From Methanococcus maripaludis (GTDB taxonomy: Archaea; AGJL01; Methanococci; Methanococcales; Methanococcaceae), in the NCBI RefSeq assembly GCF_002945325.1, contig NZ_CP026606.1:60001-92000 (forward strand): a stretch of DNA of 32,000 nt, in the 5' to 3' direction. Below, in pieces: positions 28,712 to 32,000 of the stretch (position 1 is the stretch's first letter; every line of letters starts with the position of its first letter). The notes beneath the pieces were generated by a model, which was given only the letters and a program-made list of their open reading frames with translations, was not told the DNA's origin and ran no database searches. Both the position numbers and the translations under genes were made by a program.

Positions 28712-29983
28712 TTAACTATTATTTTTAATTTTTTTAAGCTTAGTAAATGTAATTATCCAGATCAATACAAAAACAACAAATGACGATGAAAGAGTTGCAA
28801 TTGCACCGCCAATTATACCCATATGTGGAATCAGGGTGTAATTAAATACGGCATTTAATAAAATACCTAAAAATAAAACATATACTGGAATTTTTGCATA
28901 TCCAAGACCTTGGAGGGATGATGCACATATCGTATACGTACTCATGAATACTGCTGAGACAGAAAGTATTTTTAAGGAAGCAATGCTTTCAGGAGTACTT
29001 ATTCCAAAAAATAAGTTTAAAAGTTCTTTTGAAAATAAAAAAATCACTAACAACGCAGGTAAAACTATTGAAATGTTTAAAATCGTTGCTTTTTTAAAAT
29101 ATGAAATGTCTTTTGATTTTGAAATTCTTGGAATTAACACTATTGCTATTGCAGATGCGAACAAGAAAAGAAGCCTTGAAAGAAGTGAAGCGTATCCATA
29201 AACACCATTATCATAAGCTCCGAGCATCGAAAGTATGAAAATGCCATCAAGATCATTTATCAGCCTATAGGATGCAGTCGTAAGTGCGATAGGAATTGAA
29301 TAATATATAACTTTTTTAACAGATTCCTTCTCTTTTATCGGTGAAAATATATTTTTTAAAATATTTGAAAATGAATATTTTAGATTTGATTTTGATAAAA
29401 GATAAATTCCAAAAATTCCACCAAGTAAAAATGAAACTGAAATCGATAGAATTCCACCAACTACGCCGAATAAATAGCTTAAAATTACTAAAAAAACGAC
29501 TTTCGAAGTATTTTCTAAAATCCAAGTTTTTGATAAATTCTTTATTTTTAAATTTCCCTGTAATACGCCCCTGCTCCATGAAATAACTACAGAAAATGGC
29601 AGAGCTACTGCGACAGCGTAAAAATAAACATCTGGTAAATTAGAATAGTTTCCGCCAAGTAGATATTTTAAAAATACTGTAAAAATTGCACCAAAGATTG
29701 AAAAAATAAACATTACTTTTAAAATATCATATATCCAAGTATTTTCGTTAAAATCGCCGCCAGAAATAAATTTTGCCATTGCTGGCGGAATTCCCGAACA
29801 AAAAATAATAACTAACGTATCTAAAATCGGCATTAGCCCCTTGATTACACCAAAACCCTCAGTTCCAAGAATAAATGGTATTAAAAAATAAAAAAGATAG
29901 GCTGCAAATTTGGAATACATGTTTGAAAATATCATGTAAGCACTGTCTTTTAAAATTCCATCTTTTTTTAAGTTTTTAATCAT
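28712..29983 (-). CDS. Oligosaccharide/polysaccharide flippase (MATE/Wzx-like)
   Basis: 423 aa, multiple TM helices; DSAYMIFSNMYSKFAAYLFYFLIPFILGTEGFGVIK; GIIGGAIATLSSSFVVFVLIW. Confidence 0.87.
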   Translation of the reverse strand: MIKNLKKDGILKDSAYMIFSNMYSKFAAYLFYFLIPFILGTEGFGVIKGLMPILDTLVIIFCSGIPPAMAKFISGGDFNENTWIYDILKVMFIFSIFGAIFTVFLKYLLGGNYSNLPDVYFYAVAVALPFSVVISWSRGVLQGNLKIKNLSKTWILENTSKVVFLVILSYLFGVVGGILSISVSFLLGGIFGIYLLSKSNLKYSFSNILKNIFSPIKEKESVKKVIYYSIPIALTTASYRLINDLDGIFILSMLGAYDNGVYGYASLLSRLLFLFASAIAIVLIPRISKSKDISYFKKATILNISIVLPALLVIFLFSKELLNLFFGISTPESIASLKILSVSAVFMSTYTICASSLQGLGYAKIPVYVLFLGILLNAVFNYTLIPHMGIIGGAIATLSSSFVVFVLIWIITFTKLKKIKNNS

Positions 29984-30004
29984 GAAATCACAAACGAAAT
30001 AAAC

Positions 30005-30598
30005 TTAATTTTTGATTAACTTTTGAACCATTGCTTTATTTTTTAAAGCAGATTCGAAATTGGGATTTAACGTAACAGCTTTTTCAAAACACTCGAAAGC
30101 TTTTTGGTAGTTTTTAACCTTGTAGTACTCGACACCCTTATTATTCCACCTTATTGGGAGAATTTCTTTTAATTTAATGCGTGTCTTTTCAATATTTTTT
30201 CTCAAAGTTTCTGAATACGGATTTATTTCAAAAGCTTTTTCAAAATAGCCAAGTGCCTTCTCAAAATTGCCCTGATTGTAGTTTTCAACACCCAATTTTG
30301 AAAATTTATTATAATTTTCGTTTTCCTGCTTTTTTAACTTTTCTTCTACCATCTTTTTATTTTTTATTGCAGGAATATATGAAGAATTCATGTTTAAAAC
30401 GCTGTTAAAACATTGCAGCGCTTTTTCGTTTTCCTTAAGTTTTAAAAAAACCATTCCCTTTCCAAACACTGCTAAAAAATCGTCTGGATAGTATGAAAGT
30501 ATTTTATCATAGCACTCAAGTGCTTCTGCATATTTTTCAGAATTACAGAGCAATGCTCCGTGACTGTGCCATTTTTGAATGCCGTAATTGTTCTTCAT
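30005..30598 (-). CDS. Tetratricopeptide repeat protein
   Basis: TPR units: EALECYDKILSYYPDDFLAVFGKGMVFLKL, ALGYFEKAFEINP, AFECFEKAVTLNPNFESAL. Start 30598 (ATG after AAAGGA) preferred over 30613. Confidence 0.87.
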   Translation of the reverse strand: MKNNYGIQKWHSHGALLCNSEKYAEALECYDKILSYYPDDFLAVFGKGMVFLKLKENEKALQCFNSVLNMNSSYIPAIKNKKMVEEKLKKQENENYNKFSKLGVENYNQGNFEKALGYFEKAFEINPYSETLRKNIEKTRIKLKEILPIRWNNKGVEYYKVKNYQKAFECFEKAVTLNPNFESALKNKAMVQKLIKN

Positions 30599-30722
30599 GT
30601 TCAATCCTTTCAAAAGTTAAAAACAGTCCAAATCTTTTGATATAATGAATAATGAAGTTTGAAAATAAATAGCTATTGTGTAGGTAAAATTTAATTTTAA
30701 AAAAGAGATGTATTTTAAAGAA

Positions 30723-31655
30723 TTATTCGAATTCAATTGTTGCTGGCGGTTTATCGGTTACGTCAAGAACTACTCTTGTAACGTTTGGAATTTCTGAAGT
30801 TATTCTTTTGCTGATTCTTTTTATAAGATCAAATGGAATTTCAGGAGTGTGTGCAGTCATTGCATCAAGTGAGCTTACAAATCTAAGTGCAACAACCCAG
30901 TTGTAATCTCTAATGTCGCCTTTAACACCAGTTGCTTTTGTGTCAAGCACTGCTGCAAAGTACTGCCAGAGTTCGTTTTTAAGTTCAGTTTTTTCAATTT
31001 CTTCTGAAACAATGAAGTTTGCTTCTTTGCAGATTGCTAATTTTTCATCTGTAATTTCGCCTAAAATTCTAACTGCAAGTCCAGGTCCTGGGAAAGGCTG
31101 CCTGTGTGCAATCTGGTCAGGTAAACCAAGTGAAACTGCTAAAAGTCTAACTTCATCTTTGTAGAGTTCTCTTAATGGTTCAACAACATCTAAAACCATT
31201 CCACCAGGTAATGCAATGTTGTGGTGTGTTTTAATCTGTCCTTCACTTTCAATCCAGTCTGGAGCAATTGTTCCCTGAACGAGTACTTCTTCACCCTGTT
31301 CTTCTGCAACTTTTTCAAATACTTCGATAAAGAGCCTTCCAATTATCTTTCTTTTTTCTTCCGGATCAGTAATGCCTTCGAGTTCTTTTAAAAATATGTC
31401 TTTTGCTTCAACAATTTTTAAATTGAGCCCCATCTGTTCTTTAAAAATTTTCCAGATTTCTTCGGACTCGTTTTTTCTCATTAATCCGGTATCAACATAA
31501 ACTGCAAGTAATTTATCTCCAATTGCTTTATCCGTAAGAACTGCAGCAACTGCACTGTCAACTCCACCGCTCAGCGCAATGATTGTTTTTCTATTATTAA
31601 TCTGCTTTCTTATTTCTTCAATGGATTCTTCTATAAACGGTTCGGTCTTGAACAT
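30723..31655 (-). CDS. guaAB: GMP synthase (glutamine-hydrolysing) subunit B, ATP pyrophosphatase
   Basis: 310 aa; [51 protein letters not shown]-like [12 protein letters not shown], terminal KPPATIEFE. No glutaminase domain. Confidence 0.95.
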   Translation of the reverse strand: MFKTEPFIEESIEEIRKQINNRKTIIALSGGVDSAVAAVLTDKAIGDKLLAVYVDTGLMRKNESEEIWKIFKEQMGLNLKIVEAKDIFLKELEGITDPEEKRKIIGRLFIEVFEKVAEEQGEEVLVQGTIAPDWIESEGQIKTHHNIALPGGMVLDVVEPLRELYKDEVRLLAVSLGLPDQIAHRQPFPGPGLAVRILGEITDEKLAICKEANFIVSEEIEKTELKNELWQYFAAVLDTKATGVKGDIRDYNWVVALRFVSSLDAMTAHTPEIPFDLIKRISKRITSEIPNVTRVVLDVTDKPPATIEFE

Positions 31656-31677
31656 TGATATTCCTCCAAATAATTAA

Positions 31678-32000
31678 TTATTTTTCAATCGAAGCTTTTA
31701 CCAATCCATGAAATAATGGGTGAGGTTTGTTTGGTCTTGATTTAAATTCTGGGTGTGCCTGTGTTGCAATAAAGTACTTGTGATCTTCAAGTTCTATGAA
31801 TTCTGCAAGTTTTCCGTCAGGTGACATTCCCGAAATTATTAATCCGTTTTTCTTCAATATTTCATGGTATTCTGGATTTACTTCGTATCGGTGCCTGTGT
31901 CTTTCAGATGCATTTGTTGAACCATATAATTCACTTGCAAGCGAGTTTTCTGCTAAAATTGCAGGATATGCTCCAAGTCTCATGGTTCCTCCTTTTTCAG
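31678..32000 (-). CDS. pyrG: CTP synthase, C-terminal glutaminase part (5' part beyond the window edge)
   Basis: Frame is open to the edge. [13 protein letters not shown]...[12 protein letters not shown]...[38 protein letters not shown] is the CTP synthase GATase C-terminus; the track's Met at 31983 is internal. Confidence 0.95.
   Translation of the reverse strand, partial: EKGGTMRLGAYPAILAENSLASELYGSTNASERHRHRYEVNPEYHEILKKNGLIISGMSPDGKLAEFIELEDHKYFIATQAHPEFKSRPNKPHPLFHGLVKASIEK

Noticed and set aside
30723-31655. Truncated GMP synthase
   Set aside because: The ATP-PPase subunit is naturally a separate gene in many archaea, and the ORF has intact N- and C-terminal motifs.
1-32000. A novel multi-gene defence, secretion or mobile system
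   Set aside because: Every sizeable ORF can be placed in a housekeeping, chemotaxis, selenium or surface-protein role or is a lone hypothetical. No integrase, transposase, nuclease/helicase cassette, tRNA-flanked insertion or CRISPR was seen.

Overview
The window is a gene-dense, AT-rich archaeal chromosome segment. Its content matches a Methanococcus (M. maripaludis-like) genome: archaeal RNase P Rpp21, PyrK, CobY, bifunctional ArgJ, a class III signal-peptide pilin, short GGTGA-type Shine-Dalgarno sites and a UGA-containing selD. Left part, minus strand: a chemotaxis block (partial MCP, CheD, CheA, CheB, CheW) running on from trmY, dapB and a coiled-coil protein, with the Rpp21 gene further upstream. 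Middle: SAH/SIH hydrolase, pyrK, an AsnB-type synthetase, dapF, a PRC-barrel protein, cobY, a PAC2-type protein, several small proteins, a DedA/VTT membrane protein, a CBS protein divergent from an HTH regulator, RNase Z and a PK-C-like protein. A selenium neighbourhood follows: selD read through an in-frame UGA with an adjacent 3' SECIS-like hairpin, then within about 4 kb a rhodanese gene and a P-loop gene matching the two-gene archaeal tRNA 2-selenouridine synthase. Right part: a large secreted repeat protein with an S-layer-like C-terminus, argJ, a flippase, a TPR protein, the GMP synthase ATP-PPase subunit and a partial CTP synthase. I found no mobile element, CRISPR array, tRNA/rRNA or convincing unknown defence-type system. 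The most notable signals are the recoded selD with its SECIS, a possible non-AUG start for selD, a CheA with two P2-like modules, a homogenised 201-bp duplication in the surface protein, and a small zinc-ribbon ORF missed by the supplied track.
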